64,000 nt of DNA. Source: Octopus vulgaris (taxonomy: Eukaryota). A program made the position numbers and the translations under genes. The number at the start of each line of letters is the position of its first letter. Position 1 is the stretch's first letter. Below, piece after piece: positions 52,563 through 64,000 of the stretch. The notes under the pieces were generated by a model. That model had not been told where the DNA came from and searched no databases. It saw only the letters and a list, made by a program, of their open reading frames with translations. The stretch lies in NCBI GenBank assembly GCA_951406725.2, contig OX597821.1, positions 116,870,001 to 116,934,000 on the forward strand, written 5' to 3'.

Positions 52563-52834
52563 CTCTGGTATCGCCAAATAGCCTGTCAGCTTTTGATAAA
52601 ATGTGTATATGTATGTGTGCGTGTGCATATACGTGTGTGTGTGTGTGTGTGTGTACTCTATTTCACAGTTTATAAGCAGCAAATTTAAGAAACAAAACCC
52701 CCAGAAAATCACCCACTTGTTATAAACGCAAGATCAGAGTTTAGGTTACTGGCAACCAATGGTTCAGGAAAATACCTGCCAAAAATGAAATGCATCTTAC
52801 AAGCCGACACACCTAATAAGCCATCAACACAGTT

Positions 52835-52876
<42 letters not shown>

Positions 52877-53360
52877 TCTGTATGTCCTTGTGATTAGTGA
52901 TAAAAATATATCTGACACAAAGTTTCAAAATTTGTGTCAGATATAATAAAAAAAAAAATTATGTAAATAAATTATTTATAAGAAGCCTGGGCTTGCAGCG
53001 GGGATAAGACTATAATTAGTTTAACGTCATTAGCAACAACAGCCGAATATTATTGTACAATTTGGCAAGGTTCCTAACTTTGTAGAGGTGCAAAATTTTA
53101 GCGCTCACCTGTTAAATCGGACGATTTTTTATCTTTTTTTATCTGTATTTCTTGATTCTGTCATTTGAGCGTAGCCATGCTGGGGCACCGCTTTGAGGAT
53201 TTTTGTCAACCACAATACGTATTTTTTAGAAGCCTGGCAGTTATTCTATCATTCTCTTTTGCTTGACTGCTAGGTTACGGGGATGTAAACACACCCACAC
53301 CGGTTATCAAATGGTGTTGGGGGACAAATTTAGAAACAAAGACACACATACATGCGTATG

Positions 53361-53413
<53 letters not shown>

Positions 53414-53461
53414 GGTGCCCCAGCATGGCCACAGCTCATGAGCTGAAACTAGAATCAATCA

Positions 53462-53498
<37 letters not shown>

Positions 53499-53502
<4 letters not shown>

Positions 53503-54066
53503 AGGAGTGGCTCTTTGGTAAGTAACTTGCTTACCAACCACATGGTTCTGGGTTCAGTATTACTGCGTGGCAAGTGTCTTCTACTATAGCCATGGGCCAA
53601 CCAAAGCCTTGTGAGTGGATTTGGTTGACGGAAACTGAAAGAAGCCCGTCGTGTGTGTGTGTGTGTGTGTGTTTGTTTGTTTGTTTGTTTGTTTGTTTAT
53701 CTGTGTTTGTTCCTTCAACATTGCTCGACAACCGATGCTGGTGCGTTTACGTCCCCGTAACTTAGCGGTTCGGCATAAGATACCGATAGAATTAGTACTA
53801 GGCTTATAAAGAAAAAGTCCTGGGGTCGATTTGCTCGAGTAAAGGCAGTGCTCCAGTATGGCCGCAGTCAAATGACTGAACCAAGTAAAAGAAACAAAAA
53901 GAAAGAATATATATAACACGACGGGCTTCTTTCAGTTTCCGTCTACCAAATCCATTCACACGGCTTTGGTCGGCCTGAGGCTACAGTAGAAGACAATTGC
54001 TCAATATTCCATGCAGTGGGACTGAACCCGGAACCATGTGGTTGGTAAGCAAACCACTTGCCACAT
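53499..54066. mobile_element. Full family-B SINE (+, 53499-53900) followed by an inverted family-B 5' half (-, 53918-54066)
   Basis: Direct sequence match to 7497-7915 and its reverse complement. Confidence 0.88.
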
Positions 54067-54893
54067 GCACGTATTTACGGAAGATCTCTCGACTTGCTGA
54101 AATAGTAAAACAAATCATATTTAATCATTTAAATACACCAAAACCCAAGTAGCAGAGCGAGCAGAGATGACAACCACAGGACTTTTTACTTAATATAGGA
54201 GATAGAGATAGATGGATGGATGGATGGATGGATAGATAGACTGAGATGAGGAAGAGAGAGAGTCGTGGAATAGCAAAATCGTCAGACCAACGGACAAAAT
54301 TCCTTACAGTATTTAGTTGCTTCTCATGCCCGTAGTGGACTTACCATCCTTTCTGCTATCTGCACGTGTAATGGACCGGAGGTCAGAATAAGCGCTTTTT
54401 CCTTCCCACCAAAATATTTGTGGCCTTCTGCCTATGCTATAAATGCTGTTATGCACACAGATGGTTCAACGGCAGCGCAGATGTTTGTTTAAACTAGTTT
54501 GTATATTTGTGTAAAAGCCAAAAACTAAAATATGAATGTCGACGTAAGCACAACAATTCGTCAATAAAATTAGAATTCGTGTAACGGAGCCCCAGGGAAT
54601 AAATGGTAAGTTCTTGATGAGCTGATTCTGAAGAACTGTTTCTATAACTTGTTGAATCCATTTCAGGGCGGTGGTTTGGTTGAATCGTTAGAGGGAAGAA
54701 CATAATTCCTTTCTATTATTAGTTATGGTCAAGCCCTGTGTTAAAATTACACCGAGGTTAACTGTGGTTCCGTTCGATAAAATAAAATTCCATTAAAAAA
54801 TTCGGTTTATATTCTTTAAATATAAGTTTGAAAGCTGAGTCGATGGAGAGGGTTTACAATGCACAAGGAGTCTCCGATATTCAAGTGGCTAAA

Positions 54894-55508
54894 GGTGGCA
54901 TGCTGGCGGAAACGTTAGCACGCCGGACGAAATGCCTAGCGGTATTTCGTCTGACGCTAAGTTCTGAGTTCAAATTCTGCCGAGGTCGACTTTGCCTTTC
55001 ATCCTTTCGGGGTCGATTAAATAAGTACCAGTTACGCACTGAGGTCGATATAATCGACTTAATTCGTGTGTCTGTCCTTGTTTGTCCCCTCTGTGTTTAG
55101 CCCCTTGTGGGTAGTAAAGAAATAGGTATTTCGTCTGCCGCTACATTCTGAGTTCAAATTCCGCCGAGGTCAACTTTGCCTTTCATCCTTCCGAGGTAGA
55201 TAAATTAAGTACCAGTTACGCACTGGGGTCGATGTAATCGACTTAATCCCCTTTGTCTGTCCTTGTGTGTCCCCTCTATGTTTAGCCCCTTGTGGACAAT
55301 AAAGAAATAAGAAACGTTAGCACGCCGGGTGAAATGCGTAGCCGTATTTCGTCTGCCGTTACGTTCTGAGTTCAAAATCCGCCGAGGTTGACTTTGCCTT
55401 TCATCCTTTCAGGGTCGATAAATGAAGTACCTGTTGCGTACTGGGGTCGAGCTAATCAACTGCTCCCCCTCCCCAAAAATTTCGGGCCTTGTACCTAGAG
55501 TAGAAAAG
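54894..55508 (+). mobile_element. Family-A SINE trimer with a single 18-bp TSD
   Basis: TSD gatattcaagtg(g/a)ctaaa at 54876-54893 and 55509-55526. Confidence 0.92.
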
Positions 55509-56789
55509 GATATTCAAGTGACTAAAAGGTGTCAGCAGAAGGACATCCTGGGAGTCATGACCTGGATGTGGTCCGGCCCCTTTAGAGTGTAAGAAGTTAA
55601 GGGCCAAAACACTTGCCTACCTGTGGTTTTTTCTCTAAAGACCTTCTGCTGTTCAGCTCTCTTGAGAGTTTCTTACAACTCCTGTAATGCCTTCTGCGGT
55701 GAGCTGCCACAATCGTTTCTACGCCGGAGAAAATGCATAACGGTATTTCCTCTGGTTCATTCAGTCCTGAGTTCAAATCCCGCCGAAGTCAATTTTGCCT
55801 TTCATTTCATCGAGGTCGATAGAATAAAGCAACGGTCTAGTACTGATGTCGATATAATTGACTTGTCCCCTCACCTCAAAACAGTTGGATTTGAACCTTG
55901 CAACGGACCGTTCAGGAGAATGTTGTGGTATCGGTCACTTACACGCCATGGTAACCAAGTAAGCGGTCTTATGAGTCCTAGGGACCAAGAAAATTAAAAG
56001 TAAAATGTCCCCTACGCATGAAATGAGTTAAATTTTTCTCCACCCTCAATACGGCAGGGTCGTTAGAGCATCGGATGAAATATCTTTGCATCATTTACTC
56101 CGGCTCTCTCAACTCCCTGGGTTCAAATCCTGCCTTCGTCAAATTTGCTTTTCAGCTTTTCGATGAAAGGATGAAAGGCAAAGCTGACTTAAGCAGGGTT
56201 GATAAATAAAGTAGAAATCAAGTAGTGGGAATCGATTCTTTATAATGGTACTCCAGCATAGCCACAACCGACAGGCTGGAAAAGATAAAAGAGGTAATGA
56301 GAATGCGTTTATGTTTCATTGATTAATTTTCGATAAAGCTCAGGAGGGGGTGAGCTGACAGAATCGTTAACGTGCCGGACAAGATGCATAGCAGCATTTC
56401 TTCCGACTTTACATTCTGAGTTCAAATTCTGCCGAGGTTGACTTTGCTTTCATCCTATATCGGGGTTCGATAAAATAGATACCAGTTGAGTACAAGGGCC
56501 GATGTAATCGACTTACTTCCACCCACGAAATTGCTGGCCTTGTGCCAAAATTTGAAACCAATTTTGAAAGAAGCTGACAATATGGCAAAATCATTAGCGC
56601 GTTAGATAGAAAAGCTTACAAGTATTTCTAAGTACCAGTCATGTAGTAGGGATCGATGCAATCTGTTTTCTTCCTTTTCTATAACTGCTGCCCTTGTGCC
56701 AAAATCAGAAAGAATTTATAAAACTGTGAGAGAATACTATTTAGAGAAGCAGATGGACAAAGCAGAGAAAAGGATAACAAATAAATAAA

Positions 56790-57309
56790 TAAATAATGAA
56801 TCTTTCACTTTTCAGTTTCTTCAATTTTGTTTCAATTGATTTCATATTTGGTGTATTGGTGTAGTTTTGTAAAGTAACCATTGACATGAAATAAATTTTC
56901 GCCATAAATCAATAAATAAAGAGTTAATAGCTTTTAAAGTTTGCAAATTTAGGGGTAATTTTAGCCAATCGAAAGCCACAGACATATAGGTATCTGTTTC
57001 CATAGTAACAAGCCAAGCTGTTACTAAGCTGCTTACCCCTCTGTTTTTTGACTGGGTAAAAATTATCAAACTTTAAACTTCTGAAGCTTTTTTTTTTTTA
57101 TATTTCTGGAACAAGTAAATTGGGTGCTGAGATTTAGTGTGAAAAACTACACCAATACACCAAATTGGAAAATTGTCATTTAATTTTAAACTTTCGAAAA
57201 TTGCAGCCAAAAAGAAAAGATCCAAAAATAGGGGTTGATATATTTGATAATGTAGCCTGAGATATCCTTAAAAAGACCTGATGGGTGCGATTAGAACGCT
57301 TTAGGTTAA
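56790..57309. mobile_element. AT-rich probable DNA-transposon remnant with an internal perfect 22-bp inverted repeat
   Basis: tttggtgtattggtgtagtttt (56847-56868) versus aaaactacaccaatacaccaaa (57143-57164); ends ..ttaggTTAA. Confidence 0.4.
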
Positions 57310-57310
57310 A

Positions 57311-57311
<1 letters not shown>

Positions 57312-57360
<49 letters not shown>

Positions 57361-57409
57361 CAGCAGCAGCAGTGATGATGATAGTGACGATAGTGGTGGT
57401 GGTGGCGGC

Positions 57410-57455
<46 letters not shown>

Positions 57456-57535
57456 ATAGTAATAGTAGTAGTAGTAGTAGTAGTTGCAGCAGCAGCGGCG
57501 GCTGCGGCAATGGTGGTGGTGGTAGTGGTGATGTA
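57312..57535. repeat. Compound trinucleotide microsatellite (GTA/GCA/GTG)n
   Basis: Directly visible. Confidence 0.95.
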
Positions 57536-58378
57536 GCTGATGGGGCAGTGTAGAGAAGATGAATCATGTTATTTAAAAGAAAGGAAAGAAAAAAAACGAA
57601 AACCAATGAGACAAGGAAAGAAAACGAAAAGAGGAAAATTGAATCTTTGGAATTGATGGCGATCTGCCACAGAGTGCCAAACCATTAATCAAAACTAGTA
57701 GACAGCTGTCCCCAAGTATCCCACATGTATCTCTAGAAAAGAAGCCAAAGTTAGAATGGTGCACTTTGAATTGAAGAGAAAGGGAATAAGAAGAAGAAGA
57801 ACATTACGAAAAAGAAGAAATGATAACGAAGAATAAAGAAGAAATTGGGAATAAAAATTTTTGTATTTGGTTGGCAAGATTCTTGATGTGAATTCGTGTG
57901 TTGAAACAAATTTTGTGTCTTGGTGGAGCGCCAAGAATAATCCTTTCTTCTAAAGGCACAAGGCCTGAAATTTTGTGGGAGGGAACTAGTCGATTACATC
58001 GACCCCAGTGTTTCACTGGTACTTAATTTATCAACCCCGAAAGGATGAAAAGCAAAGTCGACCTCGGCGGAATTTGAACTCAGAACATAAAGACGGGCGA
58101 AATGCCGCTGAGCATTTTGCCCAGCATGCTCACGATTCTACCAGCTCATCACCTTTTTTACGCCAAGAACAATAACGCATGCGCAGGTTCAATTCCACTT
58201 CTTTATTATTGGTCAATTGGTGAAACATCTTTCCAACCAATCGGTTGTTTGTTTGTTTGTTTTTCGTCAAAGTTCTTCCGTTGCTATTCGCAACCTTTTC
58301 AGTGACCGTGACTTCCCAACTCGTTTCGAAAACTGCTATTGCCCGCCTGAGATCTGGTTTGTCTGTGTATATGAATGC

Positions 58379-58432
<54 letters not shown>

Positions 58433-58498
58433 GTTATTATTATTATTATAGGCGTAACGATTCTCTCATGACACAACACACACACACATTCACACACA

Positions 58499-58555
<57 letters not shown>

Positions 58556-59111
58556 GAAAAAGGAATAAAATTGATGTTTTGAAACAGCTGGATATTAACG
58601 AGTTTAGCAGGCGCAAGAATACAGAGAAAGGAAGGTCCATTGAAAAAAAGATCGTAAAAGATCTGAGGTAAATATAAAGTATAAACCAAGGGAATATTTG
58701 ATTTTCTCCAAATTCCCTTTCATCAAGAAATTGCTTGAAGAATTTAGAGAAAAAAGTTTTATTTTAATTATAAAAATGAATGGCGTAGTTTCTTTGAGTT
58801 TCAGATTTTATTTTTATGTGTGTAAATATAATTTTACTCATTGAAAGGTGATGGGTTAAAGCAGGAGTTATGACCTTTACATTCTCGATTCAAACCCGTT
58901 TGGGTTTCGGTTTATTACCTTTTCTTTCTTTCTTTCTTTTTTTTTTTTTTTTTGACTTAAAATTGACCCTAAGATACAGAACGGCTACTTAAGTTTCATC
59001 GAATTATATGTTGGCTGCATTCATCCAGAATGCAATTTGGGGGCTACGTTCCCATTCATTGGGCCAGGAGTGGAGTTGGTGAGATGGAAAGTGTGCAGAA
59101 GCCCATTGTAT

Positions 59112-59504
59112 AATCCTTTCTACTATAGGCACAAGGCCTGAAATTTGGGGGAGGGGGATAGTCACTTACATTGACCCTAATGTTTCATTGGTACTTAATT
59201 TATCGACCCCGAAAGGATGAAAGGCAAAGTCGACCTCGGCGGAATTTGAACTCAGAACGTAGCGGCAGACGAAATACTTTACTACCCACAAGGGGCTAAA
59301 CACAGAGAGGACAAACAAAGACAGACAAACGGATTAAGTTGATTATATCGACCCCAGTGAGTAACTGGTACTTATTTAATCGACCCCGAAAGGATGAAAG
59401 GCAAAGTCGACCTCGGCGGAATTTGAACTTAGAATGTAACGGCAGACGAAATACTGCAAAGCATTTCGCCCGGCGTGCTAACGTTACTGCCAGCTCGCCG
59501 CCAT
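59112..59504 (-). mobile_element. Family-A SINE dimer with a single 18-bp TSD
   Basis: TSD tgcagaagccc(a/g)ttgtat at 59094-59111 and 59505-59522. Confidence 0.92.
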
Positions 59505-60079
59505 TGCAGAAGCCCGTTGTATGCATGACGGATAACCTTGTAATATTTTGCCCAGTCTTTCTTTGTACAGGGTTCAAATCCTGCTGTGATTGTTTTGCAT
59601 TCCATTTCTGTGGTGTCAATAAAATAAGTACCAGTAATATGTTGTGGTACATATAGGTATTATCATCTCTGCACTCCTCCTCTTACTAGCATGTGGCGAC
59701 CATTGTCGAATATTGGTGAGCAATGGCGAACATTGGCGGGTAATGGCGAGCATTTTACTCGAAACTCACAATTTTAGACAATTGCGTTAAAGAGATGAGG
59801 AAACAAAATCGAACAGCGGTTTCGGTTTATTGATGGCTTATCACAATTCTAGAGCCCTCGACTTGCTTGAAATCGCAGTCACGGCTCCCTCAGGTTATTT
59901 GCTTCTGTCTTTGAAAAACAGAAAGGTTATCTTAGAAGGTGGGATGGCCTTGGCTAAATTACGTCTAGTAATTACGTCTTGCTTAGGGCTGACCAGGATC
60001 TAAACTATAACCACAACATTAAAATAGACTCTCAGCATAAAACTAATTGGATTAGTCTTTTTCAATTACAACTAAGCAA

Positions 60080-60610
60080 GACAGCGAGCTGGTAGACTTA
60101 TTGGTGCGCCGAACAAAATGCTTAACGGTATTTCTTCCGTTTTTTTTTTGTTTGTTTTTTCTTTTTTTTTTACGTTCTGAATTCAAATGCTGCCGAGTTC
60201 CACTTTATCTTTCATCCATTCGGGGTCCTTAAAGTAAGTACGAGTTGAGCAGTGGAGTCGATGTAACCAACTAGATCCCTTCCCGCAAATTTCGGACCTT
60301 GTGCCTACAGGAGAAAGAATAATCATCATCATCATTATCATATTTATTATTATTATTAATTGTTGTTATTATTGTTAAGGCGGCGAGTTGGCAGAATCGT
60401 TAGCACGCTGAACGAAATGCTTAGCACTATTTCACCCGTCGCTACGTTCTGAGTTCAAATTCCGTTGAGGTCGACTTTGCCTTGCATCCTCTCGAGGTCG
60501 ATGAATTAAGTACCAGTCAAGTACTGGAGTCGATGTTATCGACTCACCGCTTCCCCAAAAATGTCAGGCCTTGTGCCTACAATAGAAAGGATTATTATTA
60601 TTATTATTAT

Positions 60611-60652
<42 letters not shown>

Positions 60653-60890
60653 TAGTAGTATCCGAATAAAGGTGGCGAGCTGGCAGAATTGTTGGCGCAT
60701 CAGGCAAAACGCTTTGTTGCGTTTCTTCCAGCCCCTTACGTCCTAAGTTCAAATGCCACCGAGGTCGACTTAGTCTTTCGCCCTTTCAGTGTCGATAAAA
60801 TAAGTACCAGAAGAGTACAGAGGTCAAAGTAATCAATTTCTCTCTCCCATCAACATTGCTAGCCTCATACCAAAATTAGGAAGAAATATA
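60080..60890 (+). mobile_element. Cluster of three same-orientation tail-2 family-A SINEs separated by (ATT)/(AGT)n
   Basis: Heads at ~60080, 60378 and 60670, each followed by the core and a ccttgtgcct..agaaag-type tail (more degenerate in the third copy). Confidence 0.8.
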
Positions 60891-62233
60891 CATTAGAAAT
60901 TACACGCAGTTTACCACCAAGCCTCAATCGTTGCAATGGTAGCGCTCTCAAATAGTCACTGAAATCGTGCTGCAAGCTGCACTTATCAAGTGCTTTCTGC
61001 CTCACTGCACATTATCCTCACTCTGGTAAATATTTAATCATTCCTCTCAATAGACTGAATTGTACAAACACTGGCAGCTCAGCTGCCATAAAATAAAAAA
61101 AAAACGGACAATTAAAAAAATTGACTGAGAAAATAAAAGACCTTTGATCGATTGTTTGACTGGATATTTCAAACAAGGTCTTCATTGGTTTATTAACGAA
61201 ATGCTAGCAAGATGACGCATCCTGGAATGGGGTGAGGGTTGAAAATTCGATGATAGTATTTCCGTATTTGAGTTAGTTCTGAATATAATGAAAGGACTTA
61301 CCTCACTGGTTGGAAATTGTATAATAAGGAAATAGAGAAGTTGTTATCGAAACATGTACACGAGAGGATATGAGGAAAGCGGGATTTATAGATTCTCATA
61401 AAAAAAGAGAAACAAATGGGCGCCATATTGGAAAGCAAGGGAAAAAAACAGAACAGTGTGGTTAAGTCAGAGAAAAAAATTATATATTAATGCTTTAGTA
61501 AATAAAATTCACTGAAATTGGTGGGAAGCATAAGAGTTAATCAATATTAGTGAAAAATATTACAGAATAAACGTTCTAATAAAAAAAAAACGTGAATGGA
61601 TGTTAATGGATGAGGTAATAAGTCCCTCTTTCTTTTTTTTTTACTAAAAATGGAGAATAATGTTCGGCCTCGTGCCAGCTCTGATTGAATAGATCTATGA
61701 GCAATAGCGTTCCAGCTGTGACTATCCAGTCTTTTAGTTTGGGTGGTAGGGTTGTAGATATAATGGATCATCTAGGTTTACATTACAATGTTATCTTTCG
61801 TGTATAATGTACCAAGGGACTACGTTGTGTAGATGTTTCTAAAACCCTGCGCGAAGGGAAGCGTTTTGGCAAAGTAATGAAGGTTATAGGAAATAAACGT
61901 AAAGTTTTCTCGGAATTCTACACCAAGCATGGAGCCATTACTTCACATGGCACCACCATTGGTGAGGCGAGTACTCTATCGATAAAAATGTAATTATAAG
62001 TGTTACACGAAATCAAATTTGACATAATCTGTACCTACCTACCTACCTGGCTACCCTCCATTCTTCATCCATTTATTCATTCATTCATTTTCTTCCCCCA
62101 CTATTCTTTGGAGACTCGTGAGGATGGAAACCTTCTCCATCGGGTCCTACCAGAAACAACCGATATAACACTTTCCTACTGAATCCCCAAGCGTGACCGA
62201 CTCTAAAGTGTATTATCCAATCCTTTCATTCTT

Positions 62234-62466
62234 ATTTCTTTATTGCCCACAAGGGGCTAAACACAGAGAGGACAAACAAAGACAGACAAACGGATTAAGT
62301 CGATTATATCGACCCCAGTGTGTAACTAGTACTTATTTAATCGACCCCGAAAGGATGAAAGGCAAAGTCGACCTCGGGTGAATTTGAACTCAGAACGCAG
62401 CGACAGACGAAATACCTCTAAACATTTCGCCCAGCGTGCTAACGTTTCTGCCAACTCGCCGCCTTG
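62234..62466 (-). mobile_element. Family-A SINE monomer with 18-bp TSD
   Basis: TSD tccaatcct(t/c)tcattctt at 62216-62233 and 62467-62484. Confidence 0.92.
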
Positions 62467-62952
62467 TCCAATCCTCTCATTCTTGGTCAATCCCTAAGTC
62501 CACTGCTGGTTGGCTCAGCTTGAAAATTCCATCTTGTGATTCTTTTCTGTGATGTTCTAGTATGTCCATAGCATCTGAGCAGTAACCTCCCAATGCGGGG
62601 AAATAGCAGTTGAACCTGGAGAGACCCACGTCTCCGAGCTATACACCCTGTTGAGTAACGTTACTCCAGAGATCCTTCAGAGGAACTCCGTTTCAGGTGC
62701 ATGCCTTCACGATCCTACTCTTTCAATCATTACCGAACATTCACGACTATAAGCAAGGATAAGCACAAAGACTGAATCGAAGAAAAGCATGTTTGACTTT
62801 TTTTTTACCAGTCCTCCTCTTTTGGTGATCGAATGCTGAAGCTGGTGCCTTACTATGCCAGCATCTGCAATTGTAGCATCAAATCCAGCCTTCTGTCTTC
62901 CGTCACTCGCTAACACGGCTCGGAGATACTTTAACTTCTTCGCTTGTCTCAA

Positions 62953-63253
62953 GTGGAGGCACATGGCCAAGTGGTTAGAGCAGCGTACTCGTGGTTGAGG
63001 GATCGCGGGTTCGAATCTCAGACCGGGCGATATGTGTATTTTTGAGCGAAATACCTAAGCTCCACGCGGCTCCGGCAGAAGGTGATGGCGAACTTCTGCT
63101 GACTCTTTCGCCACAACTTTCCCTCAGTCTTTCCTCCTGCATCTTGCAGCTCACCTGCGACGGACCAGCGTCCCGTCCAGGTGGGGAACCTATACGCCAA
63201 GGAAACCGGGAAACCGGCCCTATCAGCCAGGCGTGGCTCGAGAAGGAACAAAC
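62953..63253 (+). mobile_element. SINE with family-C-like head/body and family-D-like tail
   Basis: tggaggcacatggccaagtggttagagcagcg..ttgagcgaaatacctaagctccacg.. then gcgacggaccagcgtcccgtccaggtggggaac..gaaaccgggaaaccggcc. Confidence 0.85.
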
Positions 63254-63669
63254 GACTTGACTCAGTAATGTTCCACTAACATGTAGAGAAGATGATTCCG
63301 TCAATTATTTTATACGTCCATGCAGTTGCGACCAGATATAAGTAGCGATTCGGGTCCCATACCGTTGACCCCGAGGAGCATTCAGGAACTTGAAACTGGT
63401 GACGAGCCAGGCCGTTGCACAAAGTCAACCTCGGTCGAATTTGAACTCTGATCATTGAGAGCTGGAACAAACATCGCAACAGATTCTCAGCGATGCTCTA
63501 ACGACTTTCACCAATCAACCACCAAACTGTAATACGATATCAATTGTCACAAAACTCTGTGAATTAACCGAACCGAAATAAAAGACCTGAAGATACCATA
63601 TTAGAGTATAAAGACTTATTTCAGGCGATCCAATGCTTTGTTACTGTATAAATATATATGTGTGTGTGC

Positions 63670-63812
63670 ATGTATGTATGTATGTATGTATGTATGTATG
63701 TATGTATGTATGTATGTATGTATGTATGTATGTATGTATGTATGTATGTATGTATGTATGTATGTATGTATGTATGTATGTATGTATGTATGTATGTATG
63801 TATGTATGTATG

Positions 63813-63843
<31 letters not shown>

Positions 63844-64000
63844 GTATGTATGTATGTATGTATGTATGTATGTATGTATGTATGTATGTATGTATGTATG
63901 AATGTATGTAAGTATGTATGTATGTATGTATGTATGTATGTATGTATGTATGCATGTATGAATGTATGTAAGTATGTATGTATGTATGTATGTATGTATG
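63670..64000. repeat. (TATG)n microsatellite running off the window
   Basis: Directly visible. Confidence 0.98.

Larger units (their letters stand above)
62100..63310 (-). pseudogene. RTE-clade LINE 3' fragment interrupted by two SINEs
   Basis: SLHVSGTLLSQ|SINE|AKKLKYLRAVLASDGRQKAGFDATIADAGIV..FVLILAYSRECSVMIERVGS*RHAPETEFL*RISGVTLLNRV..LRCYGH..FQAEPTS..PR|SINE|LD..RLGI. Collinear with the RTE post-RT region (FKYLG..LTYG.E.W..AAEM.FLR..LRW.GH). Confidence 0.85.

Noticed and set aside
52975-53020. Helitron-like 3' end (gcctgggcttgcagcgggg..ttagt)
   Set aside because: The hairpin is imperfect, there is no clean CTRR, and no matching 5' end was found.
63585-63630. CTGAAGA followed by a short stem
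   Set aside because: There is no GAAA strand or cleavage triplet, so it is consistent with chance.

Overview
This is eukaryotic, AT-rich, extremely repeat-dense DNA, most consistent with an octopus or other coleoid cephalopod intergenic or large-intron region (inferred from the tRNA-derived SINE families and the density of TG/TATG/TATC/TA/TAA microsatellites). I found no supportable host protein-coding gene, and almost all ORFs in the supplied track are microsatellite or SINE translation artefacts. DNA transposons present: a split maT/DD37D mariner, two rosa/DD41D relics (one a fold-back), an intron-containing hAT transposase plus a related hAT MITE, a Helitron helicase fragment, and Tigger-like and TTAA-flanked MITEs. 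Retroelements present: three Dong/R4-type LINE 3' ends inside (TAA)n, RTE LINE fragments, and dozens of tRNA-derived SINEs in at least four families that form multimers and swap heads and tails. There is one 100-N gap. The most interesting signal is non-coding: several hammerhead-ribozyme motifs of the Penelope/retrozyme type. One (minus strand, 17643-17732) looks fully intact; others sit in (TA)n-flanked short elements or within long inverted repeats. All coordinates were read by eye and may be off by a few bases. SINE family labels A-E are my own working names.
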